NCBI RefSeq assembly: GCF_009914755.1
Contig: NC_060937.1
DNA: 64,000 nucleotides
Direction: 5' to 3' (one strand)
Source of the DNA: the human T2T-CHM13v2.0 reference genome, Homo sapiens
Shown here: in pieces, positions 1 through 13,444 of the stretch
How the letters are laid out: each line of letters opens with the position of its first letter
Position numbering within the stretch: position 1 is the first letter of the stretch
Translations under genes and position numbers: made by a program
The notes under the pieces: generated by a model
The model's database searches: none
What the model was told of the DNA's origin: nothing
The model's input: only the letters and a program-made list of their open reading frames with translations

Positions 1-30
1 AGTCTTACTTTGATACCAAATTCAGACAAT

Positions 31-1552
31 GGAAGGGGGCCGGAGATGGCAGACTAGAGGCAGCTAATGTACACCACTCTTGTAGAGAGGAAAGATCTGA
101 GAAACCATGTTAGGATCCATCAAGGCAGCCAGGGAACACAGAGAAGAGAGGAGCAAAGTTGGACACCAGCCTGTCTGTACTCAGCACAGAGCCAGAAAAA
201 CCTCTCTAACATGGGAAAGGGTGAGTGAGTGAGAGCCCCCAGGGATTAACGCTTTCTATAGAGAATGGGAGAATCAACCCGGCCCCCCCACCACACTTTT
301 AGACTGAGGCAGAGAGCCACCTGGACATTTTGCAGGGCAAATCCTGAGTCCAAGCAGACCTCCACAAAGCTTGGGTCCCAGAGCAGACCAGCACTGGTGT
401 CACAGCCCCAATAGAGGCTGCAGTTGCAGTACTCGGGAAAACTAACATTGCTCCACCACCACTTGTTAGCCAGGGCTCTGCACGAGCTTCCAGACCAGCC
501 ATCTTGCTTTGGCCCAAACCTGGCCTGCCATCCCTTCCACCCCTGCCACTGGTAACCAACAGGAAACTCTACCTAGAGCTATTGGCCCAGCAGTCCCACT
601 TTTGTGAAAACTCATCTGGAGGGCGCAGTCTCCTGTAGTAATGGGAAATATCCTGATGTCAGAGCAAGAGACCCCACTCACCCCTGCCACTGGCAGTCAG
701 GTGGTAGGTGCCTGCTAGAGCCTCTGACCCAATGGCCCAACTTCTGTGTGAACTCAGCAGGAGGGTGTAGCTTCCTGTTGACACAGGAAACACCCAGACA
801 GCAGAGCAAGAGACCACACCCACCTCCACCACTGGTATCCAGGCAGGCAATGCCTGCTGGAGCTTCTAGCCCAGCAGCTTTTCTTCTACACAAATCCAGC
901 TGGAGGGTAGAGAGTCCTGTTGTCCCAGGAAACACCAGGATGGCAGGGTGTATGACCTAATAGCCAGGCAGGCAAAACCTGCTAGAGCTCCCAGCCCAGT
1001 GGTCTTATGTGTGCCTGAATTTGCCAAGGGGTGCAGCCTACTCTTTCCCTGGAAACACTCAGAGGACAGACATGGCAGTCTCACCCAACCAGACCCCCAG
1101 GTTGTTTTCCATAATTAACCTCATAAAGCTGACAAACACAGTACAAGTATTTCATAACACACTTTCAAGTATTAACAGCAGAATAGACAAAGCTGAGGAG
1201 AGCATCTCAGAGCTGGAAGGTCCTTTGCAGGAAAATGGATGGAACTAGAGGCCACCATCCTTAGCAAACTAACATAGAAGCAGGAAACCTAATACCACAG
1301 GTTCTCACTTATAAGTGGGAGCTAAATAAAGAGAACACATGGACAGACGGGAACAACGGACACTGGGGCCTACTTGAGGATGATAGGTGAGAGGAGAAAG
1401 AGGTTCAGAAACAAAAAAAAAACTGCTGGGTGTTATGCTTAGTAACTGGGTGATGATATAATCTGCACACCAAACTCCTGAGTCAGAAGTTTACCTATAT
1501 AAGAAATCTGCACATGTACCCCTGAACCTAAAACAAAATTAAAATATTTTTT
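31..1552 (+). mobile_element. L1 (L1PA15/16-like) with 5'UTR and a short ORF1 piece joined directly to the 3' end; internally deleted
   Basis: Starts GGAAGGGGGCCGGAGATGGCAGACTAGAGGCAGCT (L1 5' terminus). ORF1-like SINSRIDKAEESISELE at ~1165-1218. From 1220, L1 3' sequence (GTCCTTTGCAGG...CTCACTTATAAGTGGGAGCTAAAT...CACATGTACCCCTGAACCTAAAA). Degenerate TSD at 18-30 / 1553-1564. Confidence 0.8.
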
Positions 1553-4280
1553 AAATTAGATGATTTCACAAGAAAGGAATACTAAAGATTGATATCCCTA
1601 GATAAATATTAATGCAAAAATCCTCACCAAACACTAGCAAACCAAATTTAACAACACATTAAAAGGATTATTCATTATAACCAAGTGAGATTTATTTATA
1701 CAATGCAAAGATGTTTCAGTATACTGAAACCAATCAATAAAATACACATTAAAATAATGAAGAATATAACCACATTATACTTTCAATTGATTCAGAAAAA
1801 GCATTTGGCAAAATTCAAATATGTTTCATAATAAAACACTCAATGAAGTAGAAACAGAAGGAAATTACGTCAATATAATCAAGGCCAAAATATATTCACA
1901 TCTTTAACATTATTCTCAATGGTAAAAACTATTTACCTCTAAGATCAGAAACAATAAATGTATGTCTAATATCACCATTTCTATTCAACATAGTAGTAGA
2001 AGTCTCAACCACAGCAATCATGCAAGAAAAAGAAATAAAAGTCATCTAAATAAGAAAGAAAGAAGTAGAATTATCTCTATTTGCTAATTACATAATTCTG
2101 TGTGTAGACAACCCCCTTTCAGTGGAATACTACAAGAGCTAATAAATGTAGCAGTTTCAGTATACAAAGTCAATATGTGTACATTAGTTGCATGTACATA
2201 CACTTAGAATGAATAAGCCAAGAAGAAAATTTGATGTTTACCATAGCATCAAAAAAATTAAAAACAAATGTATCAAAGGAGGTGAAAGACTTCTATACAT
2301 AAAGCTACAAAGCATTGCTGAAAGAAATTAAAGACACAAATAAATGGAAAGAAATCTTGTGTCCACAGATTGGAAGATCTAATATTGTCAAATGTCCATA
2401 CCCAACCAGAGATGTAATACAATTTCTAGCAAATTCCTAATGCATTTATTTTAGAAATTTTTAAAATCCTAAAATTCATATAAAACCACAAAGGACCCCA
2501 AACAGCTAGAAAGAGCCAAAAAAAAAAAAAAATCTTGAGCAAAAACAAAGTTGAAGGCGTTATACTTTGTGACTTCAAAAAATATTACAAAGCTATATTT
2601 ACCAAATAGTTTGGTAATGACATAAAGACAGGCTTATGGACCAATGCCATACAGAACAGAGAGCCCCAAAATAAACTTTTGTGTGTATGGTCAAATGGTC
2701 TTCAGCTAAAATGCCAACATTACATAATGGGAAAATGATCATCTCTCTTCAACAAATGATGTTGGAAGAACTGTATTTCTACATATAAAATAATGAATGT
2801 ATTTCTACATATAAAATAATGTATGTATTTCTACATATAAAATAAAATAATGTATAACATATACAATTAATGATGTTGGAAGAACTGTATTTCTACATAT
2901 AAAATAAATTGGACCTTTGCCTTAGATTATACGTAAGAATTAATACAAAATAGATTAAAGAAGTAAACAAGTGACCCAGTCCTGTAAAACTCTTAGAAAA
3001 AGCATAAGGTAAAAGCCTCACGACATTGGATTTGGCATGATTTCCTGCATATGATACCAAAAGCACAGACAACAAAACCAAACATAGACAAATGGATTTA
3101 CATCAAGCTAAACCAATTTTTTACAGTGAATAAAACCATTAACACAGTGAAAAAGTGACTCACAGAATGGGAAAAATTGCTTGAAAACTGTATATCTGAT
3201 AAAGAGTTGATACCTAGTTAATAACTACATATATTCTACAACTCAAGAACAACAAAAATTCAAATAAAAAAAGGAGAACTTGAAAAGACATTCCCTTTAA
3301 AGATATACAAGGCTGAGCATGGTAGCTCACGCCTGTAATCCCAGCACTTTGGGAGGCCGAGGCAGGTGGATCACCTGAGGTCAGGAGTTCGAGACCAGCC
3401 TGGCCAACATGGTGAAACCCCGTCTCTACTAAAAATACAAAAATTAGCCGGGCATGGTGGCAGGCACCTGTAATCCGAGCTACTCAAGAGGCTGAGTCAG
3501 GAGAATCACTTGAACCCAGGAGGCGGAGGTTGCAGTGAGCTGAGATCATGCTATTGTACTCCAGCCTGGGGAACAAGAGCAAGACTTCATCTCAAAGAAA
3601 AAAAAAAAGATATACAAATGGCATACATTATACGAAAAAAAATGGCCAACATAAGTAATTACTATAGCAATACGAAACAAACCACAAAATATTACTTCAT
3701 GCTCCTTATGACGGGCACTATCTAAAAAACAAAAACTTACAAGTGTTGGCAAGGATGTGGAGAATTTGGAATATGTGGGCACTTTTGGTGAGAATATAAA
3801 ACAGTACAACCACTATGGAAAACAGTACAAACATTCAGCAAAAATTTAGAAATAGAATTACCACATAATTTCGCAATCCCACTTTTAAGTATATATCCAA
3901 AAGAATTGAAAGCAGAATCTCAAAGAAATGTTTGCAAACCCATATTCATTGTAGCATTATTCATGATAGCCAAGAGATAGACAACCAAAATGCCCATCAA
4001 CAGATGAATGGATAAAGAAAATGTAATATACATATACTATGCAATATTATTTAGCCTTCCAAGAGAACTCATTCCCGTTATACGCTACAACGTGGCTGAA
4101 ACTTGAGGATATTATGCTGTATGAAATAAGCTAGTAACAAAAAAGACAAATACTGCATGTTATACTTCTATATTGTATCTAAAACCATCAAACTCTTAGA
4201 AAACAGGCTGGGAGAATTTTTAAAGGGGAGTTGTCGTTGAGTATATAGAGAGTCTCAGTACTGCAAGATAAAAAAGAACA
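1553..4280 (+). mobile_element. Old L1 (L1M, L1MB-like) ORF2 3' half and 3'UTR, degenerate
   Basis: L1 ORF2 motifs such as GCAAAAATCCTC, GAAAAAGCATTTGGCAAAATTCAA and CAGATGAATGGATAAAGAAAATG. Continues the fragment at 1-30. Confidence 0.85.
3311..3608 (+). mobile_element. AluS (Sq/Sp-like), full length
   Basis: Dimeric Alu with A-tail; TSD AAGATATACAA on both sides. Confidence 0.95.
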
Positions 4281-4846
4281 GAACAGTTCCCTTCAGATTG
4301 TTCTTAATTATATAGACTGAAATTGTGAATTGTATTCAAAATTATAAAACGTTTGTGCGTGATTTTTATGAATCATGGAATATATTTTGCTATATATGCC
4401 AACAATTTTAGCTTACCAGATTTCATTGAACACGTAAAAATCAGTCATAAATGTACTTAAATGTGTACTGAAAAATAAAATATTCTGCAAATATAGGTTA
4501 AATTTATTTAAACAGAAAGTGTATTTAATTAAACAGCATTCTTATAAAGTTTGGCATTGTGATTTCAGCTGCCATATTATTCCCTAGAATAGCTATGAAC
4601 AGTAATTTCATTGAGTTTGGAGGTGATACTAATTTAAAAGATGGTATCAGTATTGCTAATAGTAATATGATGTACTATCTTTACCAAATAAAACTAGACT
4701 AAAATAAATTTTATTTATTTTAGAATAGGAACAATTGACAAAAATTTATCTTGAAAGATGGCAAGACGCTGAATAAAATAAAACCAAATGGAACACCTAA
4801 ATTTAAATAAATTTCCCATGAATAGGAAATTATTCTATGAATGTAG

Positions 4847-5092
<246 letters not shown>

Positions 5093-5899
5093 TAGACTTA
5101 TTTTCTTTTTTTATAAGCTGATAGAAACTCTTTACCATTTTCTATCTTCTTTATATTTTCTATTTAAATGACTTTATGTGATAAGATATTGTTGATTTGT
5201 TGTAGCTTTTTTCATATATTTGCTAAACCCAAAAAAGGGAGAGAATATATTTGAGTGAAAGACACTACGTTTTAAGTTGCAATTTCAATTCTGTATTGAC
5301 ACAGAACTGAACCTGAAAGGTTTAGAGTGAATATACTAAGATTAAAATAGAAACCAAAAGAACACTATACCAAAGACATTTATTTTGTTTTTGACTCCTC
5401 CCTTAGCAGTAATCCTGGTTTAGGCCTGTGGTCTTGGAATTATTGCTTCTCTGGTGCTCTTTTATTCTTTAAAATGTCTCAACTTAGAGAATAAATTATA
5501 TGGTCAGTCTATTTATAAATCCTTTAACATATAAATTACATTTGCTGCAGTTTTTAACTCCGTGTTTGTGTTAGAATGTGAGTGTGTGTGTTGGAGTGTG
5601 AGTGTTTGTGTGTATGGGTAGAACTGTGACTCAGGATTAATATCACATTGTATAAGGCAAGTAAGAATCAGTAATGTACAGACTGGTTAAGATACAGCAT
5701 AAATATAGTGACTATATGTAATAACAATGTCTTGTGTACTTGAAAACCTTTAAGAGGATAGATAAGTGTTCTTCCCACAAATAATAGTATGTGAGGTTAT
5801 GTTTATGTTATTTAGCTCAGTTTAGCCATTTCACAATATATATATATTTCAAAGTGACATATTGTACATAATATGCACAATTTTTGCTTAAATCTTCAA

Positions 5900-6750
5900 A
5901 AGAAGACAAATGGCCAAGCATATGAAATAATATTCGACATCACTATCATTAGAGAAATGCAAATTAAAAGCACAATGAGATAGTATCCTACCCGTCAGAA
6001 TGGCTATTAGTAAAAAGTGAAAAAATAAAAGATATTGCCAGAATGTGGAGAAAAAGGAACTCTAATCCACTATTGGTGAGAATGTAAATTAAGATAACCT
6101 CTATGGAAAATAGAATGGAGATTTCTCAGAGAACTCAAAATATTAGGTTGCTGCAAAAGTAATTGCGGTTTTTGCCATCGAAAATAATAGCAAAAACTGA
6201 AATTACTTTTGCTCCACTGTAAGAGACCTACCACTCAATCTAGTGGGTATCTACCCATAAGAAAATAAGTCATTCCAACTAAAAGATAACTGCACTCATA
6301 TGTTTATTGTAGCACTACTCACAGAAGCAAAGATGCGAAAGCAAGCTAAGTGTCCATCAACAGATAATTAGATAAAATATGGTGTATATACACAATGGAA
6401 TGATATTAAGCCATAAAAAACAATAGAATCATGTATTTTGCAGCAATACATTTGGAACTGGAGGCCTTTGTCTTAAGTGAGACTCAAACACAGGAAGACA
6501 AATACTGCATGCTTTCACTTATAAGTGGGAGCTAAATAATGTGTATACATGAACATAGACTGTGGAATGATAGACAATGAAGACTCAAAGGGTTAGGGGA
6601 GGTGAGAGAGAGATGAGTGATGGAAATTATTTAATGGGTACAAGGCACATTATTTGGGTGATGGATACACTAAATGCCTAGACATCACCACTGCACAATA
6701 TATCCATGCAACAAAATTGCACTTGAGACCCTTACATTTATACAAATTTT
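5900..6750 (+). mobile_element. L1 3' end (L1PB/L1MA-like)
   Basis: AGAGAAATGCAAATTAAAAGCACAATGAGA, CACTTATAAGTGGGAGCTAAAT and a typical 3'UTR. Confidence 0.85.
6143..6222. mobile_element. MADE1 (Hsmar1 mariner MITE)
   Basis: TTAGGTTGCTGCAAAAGTAATTGCGGTTTTTGCCAT...TAGCAAAAACTGAAATTACTTTTGCTCCA; 80-bp palindromic element following a TA dinucleotide. Confidence 0.9.
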
Positions 6751-8544
6751 GAAAAGTTTATAGATCTAGTCATATAAATATATCAGTCAACAAAACCTGT
6801 CTCAAATCAAAAGCAGCCTCAGGACCTTTTCACTAATCTATACGTAAAGAATTCCAAGGAGATTTAGTCCAAATGGGGGAGTGTCAAAAACAAACAAAAA
6901 AGAAAAAAATAATTCCAAGGGAAATATCACCACAATCTGAAAGCCCACACATGCCATTCCACATAAAAGTAGGAAAACATTAATTTTGTTCTTTAACAAA
7001 ACTGAATTAAAATGAAACTCAACTAATTAAACTAAAATTGCACATCTCTATAACTCTGTCCTTACAATATGCAAATATTTGTAACAATCTCAGTAATAAA
7101 ATGGGAGAATAGTACTTTCCCATACAGATTATGGTAAGTCCTTAATAATAGAGATGAAACTAACTTGTGAAATGATATAAATCACAATAAAGGGGAGAAT
7201 GCCATGTAGTTATTTTTCTGTGTATGTTTGCATATAAAATTGCTCTTCTAACCTATTTCTGAATCAGATTAATGATTCTTAATTACATTAAGTCTACTGT
7301 TTCCCTCAGAAGCTTATGTATTTTTTGTTTGTAAGGTTATTTTTTGTTTTGTTTGTTAATTTTAATTCATGTTTGGGTTCTGTAATAACAGTTTACCCCT
7401 ATTTAGAAGGCAAATCCATCCACTAGGAATGGGTGTGTTCATTATTTCTTTTCTTACAAAATATTTTTAAGTGTGTCTTATTTGTATCCCAGTAATATAA
7501 TTTTTATTTCCCAAAAATTTTTGTAATCACAGCATAGATGATGAATCAAAGTCATAAATGTTTGAAAAATTAAATAGTAAAATATATTAGTTTTTCACAG
7601 AAGATCTCTTGGAAACACTTCCTATATCTTCTATAAACTTATCTTCTACAATTAATTGGCTATAAGTTTCTCACATGTGGCCAAGAACATTTGGTGACTC
7701 AGAACATATTTAGTGTTCAATATCATGACTGAGATATCTGGGACTCCTGGACTAAAATAAAAGATAGGAGAAAAAAAATACTCCAAAGAAAACTTAAGTT
7801 CTTTTCTCTATTTTATTGATTTATTTTTGCAAACTACTATCTGTAAGTGGTTATGGGAAATTGAAAATTTTCAAAATTTCACCAGAAAAATGAATCAGAA
7901 CTTCTATCTGAGTTCCAAAGCTTGTTCTCATTTAGAATGTCTCTGTAACTTCATCTATCCCATGATTTACATGTGCTCAGATTAAAAATCTTAGTGGTAG
8001 GCATTAATACTCTTCAAGAATGGTCTGATTCTCTTTGATGCACATCTTAAAATTTTCTTTTCAATTGATTTCATGTTAGGTGTTGTCATGAGACTTACTT
8101 TGGACAATGGAATATGAGTGATAATGGCCAGTACTCAATTTATCATCCTCCACCAATCTCTCTCTCTGTTTTTAATCAGCCGAAGAGAACAGACAAGTTC
8201 TCAATAGTGGCTGCTCCATCTGCCTGGGTCTGAGAGTAAAGGGAATAGTAGGCCTCCTAGGGAGAGGAGGGTGGATGGAATTAGAGGTGTCAACCATGTT
8301 AGCTTGTTTCAGGTGCGAGATAGTAGCAAGGTTGTGGTGCTGGAGTTTAAGTTGAGTAATAGAAATGCGGTAATACAAAGCAGAATGCCCAGCCAGCTTG
8401 AAATTGACAGATGTTTATATAAAAATTGAACCTTTATTTTTTAAGTTAATAAGTTTGTTTTTATTATTGATATTATCATGGCATAACCTTATGTATCATG
8501 TATGAATCATCAATCTACACATGCCATCAATGAAAAATACTTGG

Positions 8545-9135
8545 GAAGAGAATGGGAGGGGGGCAAGGGTTACAAAAATAAAAAGAAAATTACCTACTGG
8601 GTACTATGCTCAGTACACAGGTGATCCAATTAATCATACTCCAAACCTCAGCATCACAAAATATACTCAAGTGATATGATTTGGATCTGTGTCCCCACCA
8701 AATCTCCTATTGAATCGTAGTCCCATTGTTGAAATTGGGTCTGGTGAGAGGGTTTGAGTGATGGGGTCAGATCCCTCATTGCTTGCTGTCCTCCTAAAAG
8801 TGAGTGAGTTCTTGCAAGATCTGGTTATTGAAAAGTATGTGGCACTTCCCCTACACTCTCTTCTTGCTCCTGACATGTGACTTGCATCCTCCTGCTTTGA
8901 CTTCCAACATGAGTAAAAGCTCCCTGAGGCCTTCCCAGAAGCCAAGCAGTTGTGAGTGTCATGCTTGTGTTGCCTGCAGAACCAGGAGCCAATTAAACCT
9001 CTTTTCTTTATAAATTACTCAGTCTCAAGTAATTCTTTACAGCAATACAAGAATAGCCTAACATACTAGGTAAAAAATCCCACACATGTACCCCCTGAAT
9101 CTAAATAAAAGTTAAAATTATTTATAAAAAGAAAA
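8545..9135 (+). mobile_element. L1 3'UTR fragment split by an MST LTR
   Basis: TACCTACTGGGTACTATGCTCAGTAC...CCAAACCTCAGCATCAC, resuming after 9064 with CACATGTACCCCCTGAATCTAAATAAAAG. Confidence 0.75.
8672..9064 (+). mobile_element. MaLR solo LTR (MSTA/MSTB-like)
   Basis: TGATATGATTTGGATCTGTGTCCCCACCAAATCTC...GCCAATTAAACCTCTTTTCTTTATAAATTACTCAGTCTCAAGT. Confidence 0.9.
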
Positions 9136-10517
9136 ATAATACCTTATACCTCTTTAGCCTTATACTATTTATTTTTGTATATTTAATATCTTTAAGTTTT
9201 ATTAAAATACAGGCTTCAGGCAGCCAGATACCATCCTAACTCTTTGTTCACCACTATTTCATCACTACCTATAGAGATCTAATACAGGGTAAGCAATAAT
9301 TAAGTATTGTTAAATAAATAATCTGGCTTAATTTGTAAAAATGACTAAAGAATTATTTGTTCAGGACCTTGTGAATTCAATATTTGTTACTGTTAACAGA
9401 TATGCAAATCAGATTATTCATAGAGTAATTAATAGCATGTAGGGTCAGTAGACAGAACTAGTGATAAATCTAATGTTTTTGGAACAGGTGGGATTGACAA
9501 AAGTATATGCTTCACACCTGATAAACTGAATAAATTAAGTGTAAAATAACATTTCTTTGGATCAAATGCATATATTGTTAAATCTTAAAAGTATTGCCTA
9601 CTACCTGTATACATTTCTACACTGTCTTCTAACATTTTCTTTATTCCTTTGGTCTAAAAATAACAGAGCCTACAAAAGACCTAGAACATATTATCTTTTG
9701 GATGAAGTAGAATTATTTTGGATAAAGTAGAATAACAATTCTTGGCCTCATATCATTTGATTCAATACTTTAAGTTCTCTTCTAATTTCCTATGTAAATA
9801 CTTTTTGCCTTATATGTAAAATATTGCAGCTGAATGATAAAAAATGTGATCTCTAGAGCCACATGTTGTGGGTCAAATAGAACTGCCAAGGCACCAAGTC
9901 TTTGAGCAAATTTATTACCCCGATAATCCTGTACCTCAACTGAATGGAGGTAAAATGTCATTTATCATTGTGTCAAATAATGTAAACTAGATAAAATGCT
10001 GAGTAAAATAGTTTGCATAAAGTCAGTTCTCATAAAAATGAGATCCCAAGCTTGACCCAAAAGGAATTCATGGTTTAATAAGAAAGAAGATATGTAAATC
10101 TTTGAAATACAATATTATCAGTTCAGATAAAGATAGGCAAAGATGCAATGAGATACAGAGTAGTGTTTACTTACTTATCTAGATAATGTTGGAAAATCAG
10201 CAAGGAGGTGATACTTAAGCAGAAACTTGAAGAAAAATCATGACTTGGACAAATGGAGAAAAAAGCAAAATCATATAGAACATAATTTAAAGGGAATAAG
10301 GTATAATGAAGCACAGTTTCTAACTAAGTGAATGACGGTGCTATTTACAGAAATGAAATTCTCAATTAAATGCTGCACTCAAGTAGACATCTGGTGAGTG
10401 TGGCCTTGAAACTGATATTTGTGAACAGAAAAGTTTTAACTATATTTTTTCTAAAACGATGGTAATTGGGTATCTAGAAAAAGACAATATCACTAGGGTT
10501 AAAACTTACTATGGTTT

Positions 10518-10827
10518 GGCCGGGCACGGTGGCTCACGCCTGTAATCCCAGCACTTTGGGAGGCCGAGGCAGGCGGATCACGAGGTCAGGAGATTGAGAC
10601 CATCCTGGCTAACACGGTGAAACCCCATCTTTACTAAAAATACAAGAAAAATTAGTCGGGCATGGTGGTGGGCGCCTGTAGTCCCAGCTACTCAGGAGGC
10701 TGAGAGAGGAGAATGGCGTGAATACAGGAGGCAGAGCTTTCAGTGAGCCAAGACTGCACCACTGAACTCCAGCCTGGGCGACAGAGCGAGACTCCGTCTC
10801 AAAAAAAAAAAAAAAAAAAAAAAAAAA
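10518..10827 (+). mobile_element. AluY, full length
   Basis: GACCATCCTGGCTAACACGGTG and GAGAATGGCGTGAA; A27 tail; TSD core TTACTATGGTT. Confidence 0.95.
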
Positions 10828-13444
10828 TTACTATGGTTCATGAAAAATACGTCAAAGAAAAAAGCTATTGCCATTTTTATGACAGGGTCCATTGATTGGA
10901 AACCAGGGCCTTATTACAGAAAAAAAAAAAAAAGCTGTTTCTGGACCTGAGAAAATAGTTTCCTCATGATTAATAAATTAATTAGGCCTGGAGGAAACTC
11001 TCTATTGGTATGCCATTTGACCGTTGTTTTGTTGTTGTCGTTTGTAGCTTCCCACTAAATAATATTCTCAATAAGCTAAATACAATATACTGCTCAATTT
11101 TGCTAGATGTATAGATTTGAGAAGGATAGCAATGTGTGATGGATTACAAAATTAAAAATGCTAATAAACAGGACTACTTGAAACTATAAGGTAAATTTCA
11201 AAAGAAACAGGTGCAAAAAATTACATTGAATTAAAAAATCAATACATAAGTACGAAGCCTTCATCTTAAGAAGTCTCCTTCATATTCTGGAATACATTTT
11301 CTTGGTGAGAATTACAGTCAATACTTAAAGCAAGAAAAACAGTTCATGATTGAATATATTTGAGAATTCTTAGGAAACACAAAATTAAATAAATGCACTT
11401 ATTAAATGAAGTCTCAAATTTACTTTTGATAATATCAACTGTAAATCTATATAGGGGAATGACATTAAGTAAAAGTTAAAAATCATTTGAAGTATGAAAT
11501 CTACCTTTTACAATGAAGGATTTTCTGGGATCAATTTTTTTGTTTCAAAGCTTAACCATTGCTGGAAGTGTAGAAAGTGATTGACATTTTTAGTCAAAGA
11601 GATCCTACTAAGGGTAAATTTGCACACATTAAACTGATCACAGTGAGTACCTTATAACTGGTCCCTGATATTAATGCATAAATAATTTTAATTATTTTTG
11701 AATGCTGTTTAATATTTAGATTCTTATCTTTTACTTTGTTTATTCACTTATTAGTTATACCAGGTATACATTGATATATGAGGAATATCATAGTGAATAA
11801 GATAGACGCTCTTTCTTCAGTGAATTTGCAATCTAGTAGAAGAATAAAGGTACTAAGTAAGCATGATAATTTTGGATTGTATTATATACATTTAAGGAAA
11901 TATTTAGAATAATATAGTACAAAATATTTAGCTTATTCTTTTAGGGAAAATACTCTGGCAAATCTCAAGGAAACGCAATTTGAGCTGTTAATTAAAATAG
12001 AAACAATAAATGAATGAAAGTAGATAAAATGAAAAAAAGGTTTAGAAAGAAATATGAGCACAACTGATGAAGAAACAATAGAACTTCCATGGACAACACA
12101 TCATAATTTTTGTCTTATTAAGGAGGGAGAGAATTGTAAAGTTATTATATATCTTTTATTTGAATACAAAATAAAAAATTGTTTTATTTTTAACTTCTCT
12201 TCCATTCCTTAATACTTAGTGAAGATTCATCTTGTATTTTAACATTGTATGTATATTTTAATTATTCAGGTTTATCTGTGAGTTTTTATATTGCTTATAT
12301 TTCAGCAATTTATTTTTTATTTTAGTAGGAAATTGGTAGAAGTTAAAGCAACAGGTGTTAATAAGATACTACTTAAACTAGAAGTCACTTTTAAACTTTG
12401 ATTAATGTTACACATTAATCATAATACTTTAGGAATCTGGACTCAACAATAGAGTTCTGCTTGCATTCAGTGCAGAAAATTTGGGAACAGAAATACTAGC
12501 TCTTAAAGTCTTTTGATATACATGTGTAAGTAAGAAAATAGAGGCTCACTCTAAAACATTGAATCTATTAAAATGAAGAGAAGGAATTTGTCTTAAGCTC
12601 TTAATTGTACTTGAAGCTCATTTAAATAAAGCACAGTTTCTTCAATTGTATGCAGCAGTACTTAGTAAATATAAGATTATTGTTTTACTGATTCAAATGT
12701 TTATAATCTCAATAGATAATAACAGTTGAATATTAAATAATTGAAGTCACAGAGAACAGAGAATGAAAAAGGTCACTAGAGGCAAAAGAAATTAACTCGG
12801 GTAAGATAATAAAATTACACTTTGTGTACAAATCTTGGTTTTTAATACCTTTTCTCAATATAAACAACCAAAGCTCCTTAGATAAATAAATGATTATAGT
12901 TCTGGAGCAGGATATATACAGCAGAAATCTGAGGCATCACATGCTGCCAGAAAGAAGTGTTAAAAACAATCAAACAAACCAAACAACTCTCAGAGATGAG
13001 GGTTACAGCAAAGGAACACAGGAGCCAACTGAGAGAATTTACAAAGTTGAAATATTTTGCGGAACACGGTAATAGCCTAATGTACAAAATACCCATGCGT
13101 CCATGTCCAAACTGATATCAATAGCTGATTAAATAAATAAATAGAGGACGTGAGACAAATCTCTCTTGCAGAAGATTTCTGAATAACATATGCAGGTATT
13201 CTGCTCTCAAGAAGGTGGTGCATAACTACCACTCTTAAGTGTGGCCTGCAGTTGTTATCTTCTTTGTAAACAGTGCCATATAGGAAGAGGGGGAAATACA
13301 GCTTTCTAGTGGAGAAACCTGATAAATATAATAAATTATGTTGATTGTATATACCCTTGAGATAATATGATGTGATGAGAATGACACTTTTTGTCTGCAG
13401 CCTTCCTTCCAAATATCTGTAATTCCAGTTCAATCATGTGAAAA

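Noticed and set aside
299-1248. Cluster of overlapping ORFs of 63-118 aa
   Set aside because: They lie in a GC-rich L1 5'UTR; only the short ORF1 coiled-coil remnant is recognisable.
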